60,829 bases of DNA from Algicola sp. (GTDB taxonomy: Bacteria > Pseudomonadota > Gammaproteobacteria > Enterobacterales > Alteromonadaceae), in contig JABSOG010000010.1 in assembly GCA_013216025.1 (NCBI GenBank), positions 1 through 60,829 of the forward strand. The letters run 5' to 3'. The notes under the pieces were generated by a model. The model worked only from the letters and a program-made list of their open reading frames with translations, made no database searches and was not told the origin of the DNA. Position 1 is the stretch's first letter, and each line of letters starts with the position of its first letter. Below are positions 35,562 to 45,309 of this stretch, piece by piece. The translations under genes and the position numbers were made by a program.

Positions 35562-36266
35562 ATGAAAAACCTAAAACTATCCCTACCTTGTGCCATTGCA
35601 ATCGCTACTTTGAGTGTGTCGGCTAATGCCGCTGACATTGTCTTGAACAAGGGCGAAAGCATTACCATGAGCGGGGTGCAAGGCAGCCAAACCTTTTATT
35701 CCTTTAACACGCCAGCCAATGTCGATTCGGTATCATTTTATATGGCGGGCGGTACTGGCGATGCCGATTTGATTGTTAAGTTTGGCAGCAAACCCACACA
35801 GTCGACTTATGATTGCCGTTATTTGTCCTCGAGTAACGACGAGCATTGTCTATTTGATTGGGGTCGGGCACAAACCGGCACTTATTATGTGATGATCCGG
35901 GGTTACGACGACTATGCCGATGCGTCGTTGGTCGCTGACTATTCGTTGCTAGATACACCTCCTACATCTGACAGCGGCACTGTGGCCAATGTCGATATTA
36001 ATTACCGAGAATGGGCTTATGAAACAATCGATGTGCCAGACGGCGTCACTACGTTAAGCGCTGCCATTACCGGTGGCAGCGGCGATGCCGACTTGTATCT
36101 GAACCACCAAACGGCCCCCACCAGAAACCGTTTTGATTGCCGACCATACTTGTGGGGCAATGAAGAATCCTGCACCGTCAATGCACCAGCGTCAGGCCAA
36201 TGGCATATCGGCGTGCGGGCGTATTCAACGGTGGAAGATGTCACCATTAACTGGTCTTACGAGTAG
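35562..36266 (+). CDS. Secreted protein with two pre-peptidase C-terminal (PPC) domains
   Basis: Signal peptide ending ANA. Two repeats of GGTGDADL...YDC......C......G.YY...RGY. Confidence 0.7.
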   Translation: MKNLKLSLPCAIAIATLSVSANAADIVLNKGESITMSGVQGSQTFYSFNTPANVDSVSFYMAGGTGDADLIVKFGSKPTQSTYDCRYLSSSNDEHCLFDWGRAQTGTYYVMIRGYDDYADASLVADYSLLDTPPTSDSGTVANVDINYREWAYETIDVPDGVTTLSAAITGGSGDADLYLNHQTAPTRNRFDCRPYLWGNEESCTVNAPASGQWHIGVRAYSTVEDVTINWSYE

Positions 36267-36345
36267 CGATAAAGTGGGGTCACAGAGTGTGGCCCCGATT
36301 AGTTTTAAAACACACACGGTAAAATGACGACCAAAAGCACTTTCG

Positions 36346-39030
36346 CTATGCCATTCGGCGCCTTCTAAAGCAAAGACAAATCATTAGACAACCGAACAAC
36401 CCACCAAATGAGCCGCCAAACAAGCCTGAAAGATCTTTTTTGGGTTCAGGCTCTGGCTCCGGGTCTGGTTGTTGTGGATCTGGCTGTGGGTCGGGTGCTG
36501 TAACATTAAGGGTCACCTCGGCCTGTGAGCTGGCACCTGAACTGTCCGAAACACTGAAAACAAAACTGTCGGTGCCGGTAAAACCAACGTTTGAAACATA
36601 GTCGAATTGTCCATTGTCGCCCAAAGTCAAAGTGCCGTTGGTGACATCGGTTGTCACCGAATAGCTCAAAACATCGTTGTCTGCATCGCTTGCCGACACA
36701 GTACCGGTAATATTTGTTGCCGATTGCCCTGATGCGCTGCCTGGCTCGGCAACGGGCGCATCATTCACCGCTGCTACATTAAAGGTAACGGTAAAGTTTT
36801 GAGTAGACGCCTGATTGTCTGCTGTGACCATAACGATTGTCTGGCCGTTAAAATTCGGCTGCGGCTGGTAAACCAGCGCGTTGCCTGTGAGTTCTATTTG
36901 CCCGTTAAACTCACCGGGTTGCAACACAAGATTGGTATAACGGTCGTCAATGTCGAGTTTGGCAAAAATCACAGCATCCTCATCCAGCTCAAAGGTCTGC
37001 TCGGTGACAATTTCTTTGATTGAATAGACGACCAACGAGGCTGCGAAATTCAATCCCATCAGATAGTCATCAAACACAACTATATCGCCGAGTGCCTCAT
37101 CTTGCAGTACAATATCGCTGATACGTTCAAGGGAACCATCGGCTTTTTGTTTGAAAATAGAAATCGGCGTGTCACCTGCACTGGCGATAATGAAGTCATT
37201 CCATTGGGCCAAGTCAACCAATCCATAAGCATTGTCACTATAGCTGGCGGGGACGGCAGGGGTGACATCGGCAAATTCAAAGCCGCCATCATTCAAATCA
37301 AACCTGAAGATGTGGCCAGAGTTATTATCTGACAGCAGTAAGTTATTACCGAAAATGTCCAGTCCTATAATATTGGAGTTGAAATGGTTTGTGTTGGCAA
37401 CGACCAGCGCCGTAATATCGACAGTTTGGCTGACTGCCCATTGGCCTGAATCGTTTTGTGTCATGATCACAAGTCCATCCCAACTGGCAACAAACAAACG
37501 GGTACCATCATTGACCATATGTAGCACCCTTGTGCTGCCCGTAGGACTGATATCGCCGGTTAAATCAATGGCGCTATATTTTGCTGGATCTTTGATGTCT
37601 GCAAGTGGCGCAGACCAAATTCGGGCGTTGCCACCAGTGACAAAAACGGTGTCGTTAACTATTGTGCAAGCCCAGCCGGTGATCGATTCGTCTGTAACAG
37701 TAATGGCGATGTTTGAAACGGGCGCACCGGTTATTTTGTCTATTTTGACTACCTGCCGATTACTATAGCCATAAATCCACTGTTCACTTTCGACCATACA
37801 GCTGGGGTTAAACCCGTTGAATTCAACCCTATCGAGCAAAGACGGGGCTTCGCCACTGATTAATTGCCTGAAGCTGTTTTTGCTCAGGCCAAGTGCGCCG
37901 ACATTGCCAGAACGAGAGAGAAACACATGATCCTGCGTCATATGTATGCCGCCAAAACTGGCGGGAATACTTTCAAAAGCGTTGACCGCGCCAAACTGAT
38001 TGTTCAGTAAACCTATGGTGGCAAAGCCTTTGATCCCGGTCGGCATGTTTAACGTACCGTCAAGCAATGATGATTTGCCAAATAAAAACTCGAGTTGTTC
38101 GAAAGCGTCGAGCTGCGTTGGTGCTTGAGGGTTGGCAAAATCGGCAATGACCAGCTTGGTGGGGTAGGTTAATAAAAAGGTGTTGTTTTCAAGCCATTTG
38201 AAATGCGCAATATTCTCCTCAGAATCGGCGGCTTCAAAAACCGGCTCGGTTTGCACTATTAATGTGGGTGTGGCTTGAGTCAAATCAACGGCGTAATAGC
38301 CTGAATGGGTGATACCTTTTGACCTTGACGTCATGATCAGGTTTTGCGACAGACCGATGTTGTTCATTTTAACCCCAGACTCAGCTTCGAATTGCAGGCC
38401 CGGCGTTAATGTCGCGAAATCGTCGTCGCTGGTCAGTTGGGTTAAAGCGCTGTCTTGTGTCAGCCAAAGGCTGTTTGGGCCAAGCGCAACGGCGTTGCTA
38501 ATGCCCCACTGGCTGGGTATCGGCCAAGTCGAAACGAGTTGTGGTTGCGCCGGGTCTTGAATATTAAATACATGCACCATCTCGGGATAACCGCCAACCA
38601 CAGCCAGTTTGTCGTTGTAAAATTTGAATGGTCCGCCTTTATCCATGTTGATTCTGTCGGTGACATCGATTTGACTGAGGTCGTGTTTGGTTTGAGTTAT
38701 CTGTCCATCGGTGGTGATATTAAAAAGGTGCAACTCACCTACACTCGATACCAGTGCCACCGTGTCATCAGCGCGCTTTACCATGGCCGAATTACGGGCG
38801 TATCGCAGGTTTAGTTTTAAAGTGCTTTTGAGAGACCAGTTATTATTGGTTTGTTCAAAAAGATAAAATCCACGTAAGTTGCTGCTGTAACCAAACAGGT
38901 AACCATTGACGGACACCACATCGGTTAACGGTGCTTGACCCCATTCGAACTCGGTAAAAACGTCGATTGAATTGGCAGAACAACTGATGCTGATAAATAA
39001 AAGCAGCGATAACCCGATTTTCTTAAACAT
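36346..39030 (-). CDS. Large secreted beta-propeller-like protein with a cadherin/VCBS-like Ig domain and GlyGly-CTERM-like tail
   Basis: Start at M30 (MFKKIGLSLLLF, SD aggag). C-terminal VNDAPVA...SASDADNDVLSY...GTDSFVFSV. Pro/Asp/Glu linker. Tail GGSFGGLFGCLMICLCFRRRR. Confidence 0.7.
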   Translation of the reverse strand: MFKKIGLSLLLFISISCSANSIDVFTEFEWGQAPLTDVVSVNGYLFGYSSNLRGFYLFEQTNNNWSLKSTLKLNLRYARNSAMVKRADDTVALVSSVGELHLFNITTDGQITQTKHDLSQIDVTDRINMDKGGPFKFYNDKLAVVGGYPEMVHVFNIQDPAQPQLVSTWPIPSQWGISNAVALGPNSLWLTQDSALTQLTSDDDFATLTPGLQFEAESGVKMNNIGLSQNLIMTSRSKGITHSGYYAVDLTQATPTLIVQTEPVFEAADSEENIAHFKWLENNTFLLTYPTKLVIADFANPQAPTQLDAFEQLEFLFGKSSLLDGTLNMPTGIKGFATIGLLNNQFGAVNAFESIPASFGGIHMTQDHVFLSRSGNVGALGLSKNSFRQLISGEAPSLLDRVEFNGFNPSCMVESEQWIYGYSNRQVVKIDKITGAPVSNIAITVTDESITGWACTIVNDTVFVTGGNARIWSAPLADIKDPAKYSAIDLTGDISPTGSTRVLHMVNDGTRLFVASWDGLVIMTQNDSGQWAVSQTVDITALVVANTNHFNSNIIGLDIFGNNLLLSDNNSGHIFRFDLNDGGFEFADVTPAVPASYSDNAYGLVDLAQWNDFIIASAGDTPISIFKQKADGSLERISDIVLQDEALGDIVVFDDYLMGLNFAASLVVYSIKEIVTEQTFELDEDAVIFAKLDIDDRYTNLVLQPGEFNGQIELTGNALVYQPQPNFNGQTIVMVTADNQASTQNFTVTFNVAAVNDAPVAEPGSASGQSATNITGTVSASDADNDVLSYSVTTDVTNGTLTLGDNGQFDYVSNVGFTGTDSFVFSVSDSSGASSQAEVTLNVTAPDPQPDPQQPDPEPEPEPKKDLSGLFGGSFGGLFGCLMICLCFRRRRMA

Positions 39031-39401
39031 GATTTCTCCTTGATAACGATAAATGACCCGCAAGTTGGGTGATTGTACAGTACAGCGTTTACTTTTGACA
39101 TTTGATTGGCATAGCAATAGACAAACTGGGCTTTACTGCGTTGATAGTTAGCATAATATAAACAATCAACCAAAACGCTTATTTAACTAGCCTGCTTGCA
39201 ACGGCGGTTTATGCATCTGCAGGTCTTGCGATTGCATTGTTGATACAGATGAAAAAAAGTAGCGTTCAGTAATAACTGGCAGCAGGGCCCAGTTTAGTCG
39301 CTAGGACAGTCACTTTTAGCGTGTTTTAGCTGCGAATCAAGCAATACCCACTAAACTCATATCAGCGTAGGGAATTAGTTTAATAACAGTGAGGCGTAAC
39401 G

Positions 39402-40340
39402 ATGATAAAAATACCAGTGATCGACTTAAGCAAAGCGCGTAATGGCGACATTAATGATAAAAAAGTGTTGGCAGAACAAATTAATCAAGCGTGTAAAGAG
39501 GTGGGTTTTTTTACCATCAAAGGGCATGGTATCGACAAACCTGTTTTTGACGATTTATACAAATATATCAATGCTTTTTTTGCCTTGCCACAAGACCAAA
39601 AAGAACAATGTGTGACAGACGTACAACCGTGTCATTTTCAACACAATGGTTATAGCGCACTGTTGGGCGAAAGCGCCAATGCGTTGATGGGCAAAAAGCA
39701 TTTGCCGTCAGATAGCGTTGAAAAATTCAGTAACGGCAAGTCGTTGTTAGATGATGACTTTGAGTTGCCTTTTCCGTCAGACCCCTCATGTGACGGGTTT
39801 CGGGCTGCGATGAAAGCCTACTATGAGGCATGTAGACATCTGGCGAGCATGTTGAGTGAGTTGTTTGCGCTAGCGCTGGGATTACCCGAAGATTATTTTG
39901 TCGATAAGATTGACCAGTCCGAAGATTATCTACGGCTGCATCATTATCCGGCGCTCGAACAAGGTTTGGGATTCGATCAAAGGGTGTATGAACATAAAGA
40001 CATTTCGATTCTGACCATTTTGAACGATGCCCAGCCCGGATTAGAAGTGCTGACCCCCGATGGGCAATGGGTTAAGGCCATCACCGATGAACCCGACGAG
40101 TTTATTGTTAATATCGGTGATTTTATGCAGCGCTGGACCAATGATGAGTGGCGATCAACGGTGCACCGGGTGGGTTTGAGCGCTAAAGAACGCCAATCTA
40201 TTATTTTTTTCCATTACGTTAATCCCGATACGGTATTAGAAACCTTTGACAAATTCCTCAAAGATGGCAAATCCAAATATGAACCCGTAGTGTTTGATGA
40301 ATATGTAGGGGAATTAACTCGCAAGTTATTTGGTCATTGA
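39402..40340 (+). CDS. 2-oxoglutarate/Fe(II)-dependent oxygenase (isopenicillin N synthase family)
   Basis: N-terminal IPVIDLS. HHYP...HKDISILTIL...GLEV...HRV facial-triad pattern. Confidence 0.8.
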   Translation: MIKIPVIDLSKARNGDINDKKVLAEQINQACKEVGFFTIKGHGIDKPVFDDLYKYINAFFALPQDQKEQCVTDVQPCHFQHNGYSALLGESANALMGKKHLPSDSVEKFSNGKSLLDDDFELPFPSDPSCDGFRAAMKAYYEACRHLASMLSELFALALGLPEDYFVDKIDQSEDYLRLHHYPALEQGLGFDQRVYEHKDISILTILNDAQPGLEVLTPDGQWVKAITDEPDEFIVNIGDFMQRWTNDEWRSTVHRVGLSAKERQSIIFFHYVNPDTVLETFDKFLKDGKSKYEPVVFDEYVGELTRKLFGH

Positions 40341-40412
40341 TATCACGATGTGAGGCACAACCGGATTTTTGTTACGACCTCCAAACGGACGGCCATAACA
40401 AATTAAATCAAA

Positions 40413-41648
40413 TTAACCGCGTCTTTTTCTAAACGCATAAACGCCAGCTCTGCCCAGAGTCTTAAAGAAAACGCCCCATTCACTTAAATTGGCTTTGGGT
40501 TTTTTATTGTTGGCCATTCTATCGAGCTGAAATTCGTACCAAACAATATCTAACATCGCCATTTTATCCACCGCAGCAACGCCTGTTGTCAACTTTCTTA
40601 ACTTTATGACGTGTTTGTCGTCACTCATTAACTTGTTGGGCAGGGCAGGGTCTACCGCCAATGGTCGAGCCAAACCAATAAAATCAGTGGCGCCGCTTTG
40701 CAGTGCGGTGGTCATGCCATCGGCAGAGCGAAAACCGCCGGTAACCACAACCGGAGTATCAACCAAACTACGCACTTTTTCGGCATAAGCCAAAAAATAT
40801 GCCTCGCGTTTTTGGGTGGTGGGTTTAACTTTGTGGCCAATCATTGACGGGCTTTCGTAGGTGCCGCCCGATATTTCAATCAAGTTGATGCCTGCATCGG
40901 CCAACGCTTTGACCACTTCCATCGAATCTTGTTCGGTAAATCCGCCACGCATAAAATCAGCTGAGTTGAGTTTAATGCCAATCGGAAAGTCATCACCCAC
41001 GGTTTGACGAATGGCCTGATATACGCCCAACACAAAGCGCATTCTGTTTTGCAGCGAGCCACCCCATTGGTCGGTGCGGGCGTTGTGTCTGGGTGATAAA
41101 AATTGGCTGACCAGATAACCGTGGGCACCGTGAATTTGTACGCCAGTGAATCCCGCTTCTTTCGAAAGCCGGGCGCTGGTGGCAAACTTTTCGATGATGT
41201 CGAGAATTTCTGGCTCGGTTAACGCACGTGGGGTATTAAAGCCCTTTTCAAGACCGTTTTCGAGCGAGATGGCCGAAGGGGCAACGGGTTCTTTGCTGAT
41301 AAAGTTGGGGATTTGTTTGCCCGGATGGTTCAGTTGAGTCCACAGTTGGCTGTTGTTGGTTGTGCCCGCCTGCGCCCAGCGTTTGAACGGTTCGAGATCA
41401 CTTTGGGTGTCGAGCACTACGTTTTTAGGCTCGCCAAGGGCAGTACGGTCAATCATGATATTGCCAGTGATTGCCAACCCCAAACCGCCATCGGCCCAGG
41501 TTTTGTAGAGATTCACTAACCCATGAGAAGGATCATGACTTTTGGTGCCCAACTGCTCGCTCATCGCTGATTTGAACAGCCTGTTTTTAATCACCTGGCC
41601 ATTGTTTAAAGTAAATGGCTGACTTAACTGAATGGGGTGACTCATCAT
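40413..41648 (-). CDS. NADH:flavin oxidoreductase, Old Yellow Enzyme family
   Basis: 411 aa. FKSAMSE, GVQIHGAHGYL.SQFLSP..N.R.D.WGGS motifs. Confidence 0.85.
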   Translation of the reverse strand: MMSHPIQLSQPFTLNNGQVIKNRLFKSAMSEQLGTKSHDPSHGLVNLYKTWADGGLGLAITGNIMIDRTALGEPKNVVLDTQSDLEPFKRWAQAGTTNNSQLWTQLNHPGKQIPNFISKEPVAPSAISLENGLEKGFNTPRALTEPEILDIIEKFATSARLSKEAGFTGVQIHGAHGYLVSQFLSPRHNARTDQWGGSLQNRMRFVLGVYQAIRQTVGDDFPIGIKLNSADFMRGGFTEQDSMEVVKALADAGINLIEISGGTYESPSMIGHKVKPTTQKREAYFLAYAEKVRSLVDTPVVVTGGFRSADGMTTALQSGATDFIGLARPLAVDPALPNKLMSDDKHVIKLRKLTTGVAAVDKMAMLDIVWYEFQLDRMANNKKPKANLSEWGVFFKTLGRAGVYAFRKRRG

Positions 41649-41685
41649 AATACCTTTTTTAAGTGTGAAGCTAGTATAGCCGTAC

Positions 41686-41700
41686 TAGACCGGTCGTCTA
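41686..41700. promoter_or_regulatory. Candidate TetR operator upstream of the OYE gene
   Basis: TAGACCGGTCGTCTA (palindromic outer arms TAGAC/GTCTA). The 13-nt core GACCGGTCGTCTA recurs at 42381-42393. Confidence 0.5.
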
Positions 41701-41764
41701 CTAATTAAGTTAAAAAAAACGAACAGCCGCTTGGGTATTGTTCGTTGGTCGTTTTGTTGTGCTT

Positions 41765-42367
41765 TTATGCCGTGGGTTTTAACAATCCGTCGAGCATTAA
41801 AAACAATATTTCTTTTGCCGAATCGGTGTTGCCTTCAAGCTTCATTTGCAACAAGCTGCCTTCCCAAGTCGCCCAAAATACCGCTGTTATCTGTTCTGCG
41901 TTAAAGTCATTTCGAATCTGCCCTGCATCTTGGGCTTGTTGCATTAAGGCACCAACGATGTGTTTCGACTTAACAACCGACTCAAGCATTGCGGTTTGGC
42001 ATAATTCGCTTTGGTTACCAATCTCTGCTGCGATACTGCCGATTAAACAGCCTTGCTGACAGTTTTGGCTTGAAAACTTGTCTAACATCAGGCTGTAAAC
42101 CGTTTTAAGTTGCGCCAGCGGAGATTCATCAGACTCCGCCAAATAGGCATCGAGCTGAGTCAGCAACTGATCACTGTAAACTCGAATGATCTCAGCAACA
42201 AAGGCTTCTTTGCTGGCAAAATAATGATAAAACGAACCTTTAGGCACGTTTACCGCGTCGAGTATTTGTTTAATGCCGGTACCGTGATAGCCATGTAATG
42301 ACAGCTGTTCGATACCGGTTGTGATTAACGCCTCTCGCGTCTGTTCACTGCGTTTAGGTCTGGCCAT
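41765..42367 (-). CDS. TetR/AcrR family transcriptional regulator
   Basis: Start at M27 (MARPKRSEQTREAL). HTH GYHGTGIKQILDAVNVPKGSFYHYF. Confidence 0.85.
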   Translation of the reverse strand: MARPKRSEQTREALITTGIEQLSLHGYHGTGIKQILDAVNVPKGSFYHYFASKEAFVAEIIRVYSDQLLTQLDAYLAESDESPLAQLKTVYSLMLDKFSSQNCQQGCLIGSIAAEIGNQSELCQTAMLESVVKSKHIVGALMQQAQDAGQIRNDFNAEQITAVFWATWEGSLLQMKLEGNTDSAKEILFLMLDGLLKPTA

Positions 42368-42379
42368 TCGTGCATTATA

Positions 42380-42394
42380 TGACCGGTCGTCTAG
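42380..42394. promoter_or_regulatory. Candidate TetR operator upstream of the tetR-family gene (autoregulation)
   Basis: TGACCGGTCGTCTAG, 13 nt upstream of the proposed start codon. Confidence 0.5.
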
Positions 42395-42480
42395 TAATGC
42401 AAGGTTTTCTATAAACGAGCCCGATGGTGAGCGGTAAGGTATCACCGTGTTGTGAGATTTTTTTCTTTTAAAATAACCGG

Positions 42481-43359
42481 TTACACCTCAAAATAAACCG
42501 AGTTATTACCCTCAACCAAATCTCGCTGCTGCTCAAGAATATCAACTAAAAACTCCCGGCACGCCCTGACTCTGGCGGTAGACCTGAGGTCGACATGACT
42601 CAATACCCAAATCGCCCATGTCGGCGGGGCCAACGATAAATCCAATCTGCGCAGGTCTTCATTATCATCACCTATGTAGCAGGGTAATCGGGCCAGACCC
42701 ATGTGATTTTGCACGCAGGCGAGCAAAGTTGTGATGTCGTTGGTATACATCGTTATTTTGGCATTTGGAAAGTGATCTTGAACCCAGGGCGGTTTTTCGG
42801 TGATGTCGGTCCACAGAATTACATCGTTGGGTTTGGGGTTTTTATTGAGGTATTTGACACTGCCATAAATGCCCTGACATAACGGCAGCACCTTTTTGCC
42901 AATCAAGTAATCCGGTGGTTTGGGGGTTAACCGCAGCGCAATATCGGCTTGACGTGCACCAAGGTCTGCCAGCCCCGACGAGCTGGATAACTGCAATTCA
43001 ATGCACGGATAGGCCCGGTGAAAAAGCCGAAGGTGGGGGATCACCATCCGCGAAAGTATATCGTGTGCGGCAGTTAATTTAAGTTTACCCTTCAATTGGG
43101 TGTCTAGACCAAACACCCGTCGGTCAACCGCCTGTGCTTGCTCTTCCATAACTAACGCATGTTCATAGAGGTTTTCACCAGCCTGAGTCATCGCATAGCC
43201 ATCTGCTAAACGGTCAAACAAACGGGTGCCCAAACCTTGCTCAAACGCCTGTATTCTACGGGCTACGGTGGTGTGCTTAACCCCCAGATCTCGACCGGCT
43301 CCACTGACTGTACGGGCTCGGCTTAAAGCCAGAAAATAACGTAAATCGTCCCAGTTCAT
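42481..43359 (-). CDS. LysR family transcriptional regulator
   Basis: MNWDDLRYFLALSRARTVSGAGRDLGVKHTTVARRIQAFE HTH. 292 aa. Confidence 0.9.
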   Translation of the reverse strand: MNWDDLRYFLALSRARTVSGAGRDLGVKHTTVARRIQAFEQGLGTRLFDRLADGYAMTQAGENLYEHALVMEEQAQAVDRRVFGLDTQLKGKLKLTAAHDILSRMVIPHLRLFHRAYPCIELQLSSSSGLADLGARQADIALRLTPKPPDYLIGKKVLPLCQGIYGSVKYLNKNPKPNDVILWTDITEKPPWVQDHFPNAKITMYTNDITTLLACVQNHMGLARLPCYIGDDNEDLRRLDLSLAPPTWAIWVLSHVDLRSTARVRACREFLVDILEQQRDLVEGNNSVYFEV

Positions 43360-43425
43360 TTTTATGCTCCAGTTACAACCAAGTAGAAGGGTGCGCTTCG
43401 CGCCAGGCTGTTGATTTAATCACAT

Positions 43426-43528
43426 GTAGGTCGGGTTGAGGAGCTTGCGACGAAGCCCGACATTTGCAACCCGTTGATATTATGTACAATGTCGGGCTTC
43501 CTCGCTTCGCTCCTCAACCACGACCTAC
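43426..43528. repeat. REP-like imperfect palindrome
   Basis: Arms gtaggtcgggttgaggagc..gaagcccgacat (43426-43463) and atgtcgggcttc..gctcctcaaccacgacctac (43489-43528). Each arm has an internal gtcggg...cccgac hairpin. Confidence 0.7.
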
Positions 43529-43720
43529 GATCGTCCAATCCGATTAAACCTACTACCCCATGCCGCAAAGCAAAAATCAAATAGCGGTTGTGCATTATTG
43601 CACATCAGTAGTGCTAAAACGATTATTTCCAGACCAAGGTGCACGGGGTAACATAGCGTCATCTCTTAAACAGCTGATTAAAAACAGCCGTTTAAAACCC
43701 AAATATTTAAGGATTCAATC

Positions 43721-44422
43721 ATGTGTTCAGGACAACATAATCAACTAACGCTCATTGGTCACAAGCTCTGCCCTTACGTACAGCGCACTGTTATCGCGTT
43801 AAAAGAGCTGGGTATCGCCTTTAAGCGTATCGACATCGATTTGAACAACAAACCGGCTTGGGTTAAAAAGTTGTCGCCGCTGGGCAAAGTACCGGTGCTG
43901 GTGGTTGATGACGAAACGGTTTTGTTCGAATCCTCGGTGATCAACGAATACGTCAACGAGATTGGTGGCGGCAAAATGTTGTCTGACACGCCAGTCAAAA
44001 AAGCCAAAGAACGGGCGTGGGTCGAATTCGCTTCGTCTACACTGGCCAACGTTAGCCAACTATACAACGCCAAAGACGAGTGTAGCTTTACTGATGCCGT
44101 TAACGAACTACAAGACAAATGGGTTCACCTTGAAGAAAACTTAGCTCAATCGGGCTTTTTTAATGGCGAAGACTTTTCGTTGGTGGATGCTGCCTTTGCC
44201 CCGGTATTTCGCTATTTCGACGTATTTGAAAGGTTCGGTGATTTCGATTTCACCAACCGTTTCGCCAAAATCGAACAATGGCGCAAAGCACTGGGTCAAC
44301 GCTCATCGGTTATCAATGCCGTGGGGCCAGAATATCAAGAAATGCTGACCAATTTTGTCGCGGCCAAAGAGTCATATCTTGGTGAACTGGCAAGTACCTA
44401 CATTACCGCACTGGTAACATAA
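43721..44422 (+). CDS. Glutathione S-transferase family protein
   Basis: Thioredoxin-like N-terminus (CPYVQR, GKVPVL, ESSVI.EY) plus a helical C-terminal domain. Confidence 0.8.
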   Translation: MCSGQHNQLTLIGHKLCPYVQRTVIALKELGIAFKRIDIDLNNKPAWVKKLSPLGKVPVLVVDDETVLFESSVINEYVNEIGGGKMLSDTPVKKAKERAWVEFASSTLANVSQLYNAKDECSFTDAVNELQDKWVHLEENLAQSGFFNGEDFSLVDAAFAPVFRYFDVFERFGDFDFTNRFAKIEQWRKALGQRSSVINAVGPEYQEMLTNFVAAKESYLGELASTYITALVT

Positions 44423-44446
44423 TCGAAGAATACTTGGAGAAAGACA

Positions 44447-45274
44447 ATGACAAAATTTACACAAAAATATGGTTCTTGGGCATTGGTTACCGGTGCAACT
44501 ACAGGCATTGGCCGAGCCATCAGTGAACAACTGGCTCAGCAAGGCATGAATATCGTGGCAGTTGCGCGTAACGAAGGCAATTTGCAATCGTTAAAGCAAA
44601 CCTTGCAAGATGACTATGCTGTTGACGTTAGAATCATTGCCGCCGACCTGTCTAAACCCGATGCCAACGAAATGATAGAACGGCAAAGCCAAGATTTAGA
44701 TGTTGGTTTGCTGGTGGCCAATGCAGGAGTCGAAAACACTGGGCATTTCATCGAAAACGATCAACAGGCTGAAAGTCATTTACTGGCTTTGAACGTAGTC
44801 AGCCCCATGCAGCTGAGCCATAGTTTTGCCCAACGTTTTGCCAAACGGGGCAAAGGCGGGATCTTGTTGGTGTCTAGTTTGTTTGGTTATCAGGGCGTGC
44901 CGTATTTTGCCAACTACTCAGCCAGCAAAGCTTATATTTTGTCATTGGGCGAGGCATTGAACGTTGAACTCAAACCACTGGGTATCGACGTTACGGTATT
45001 GTCACCGGGCCTGACTAATACCCCGATGGCTGCCAATATTCCGGTGGATTTCAACAAAATGCCCATCACCAAACATGCACCAGAGGTAGTGGCTAAAGTG
45101 GGTTTGAATGCGCTAGGTAGAAAAGCCACTGTAGTGCCTGGGTTCATCAACAAATTCTATGCCTGGGAAAATCGCCTTATCCCGCGCTCATGGCCGGTCA
45201 AACTGTTTAACTTCTTAATTAGCCGGGCAAAAACCGACAACTGCCCAACAACAGACTTGCAAACCCAACGCTAA
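44447..45274 (+). CDS. SDR family oxidoreductase
   Basis: TGATTGIG cofactor motif, NAG, and YSASK catalytic motif. Confidence 0.9.
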   Translation: MTKFTQKYGSWALVTGATTGIGRAISEQLAQQGMNIVAVARNEGNLQSLKQTLQDDYAVDVRIIAADLSKPDANEMIERQSQDLDVGLLVANAGVENTGHFIENDQQAESHLLALNVVSPMQLSHSFAQRFAKRGKGGILLVSSLFGYQGVPYFANYSASKAYILSLGEALNVELKPLGIDVTVLSPGLTNTPMAANIPVDFNKMPITKHAPEVVAKVGLNALGRKATVVPGFINKFYAWENRLIPRSWPVKLFNFLISRAKTDNCPTTDLQTQR

Positions 45275-45309
45275 ACAGAAGTGATAAAAGGAAACTATAA
45301 GGCACTATA

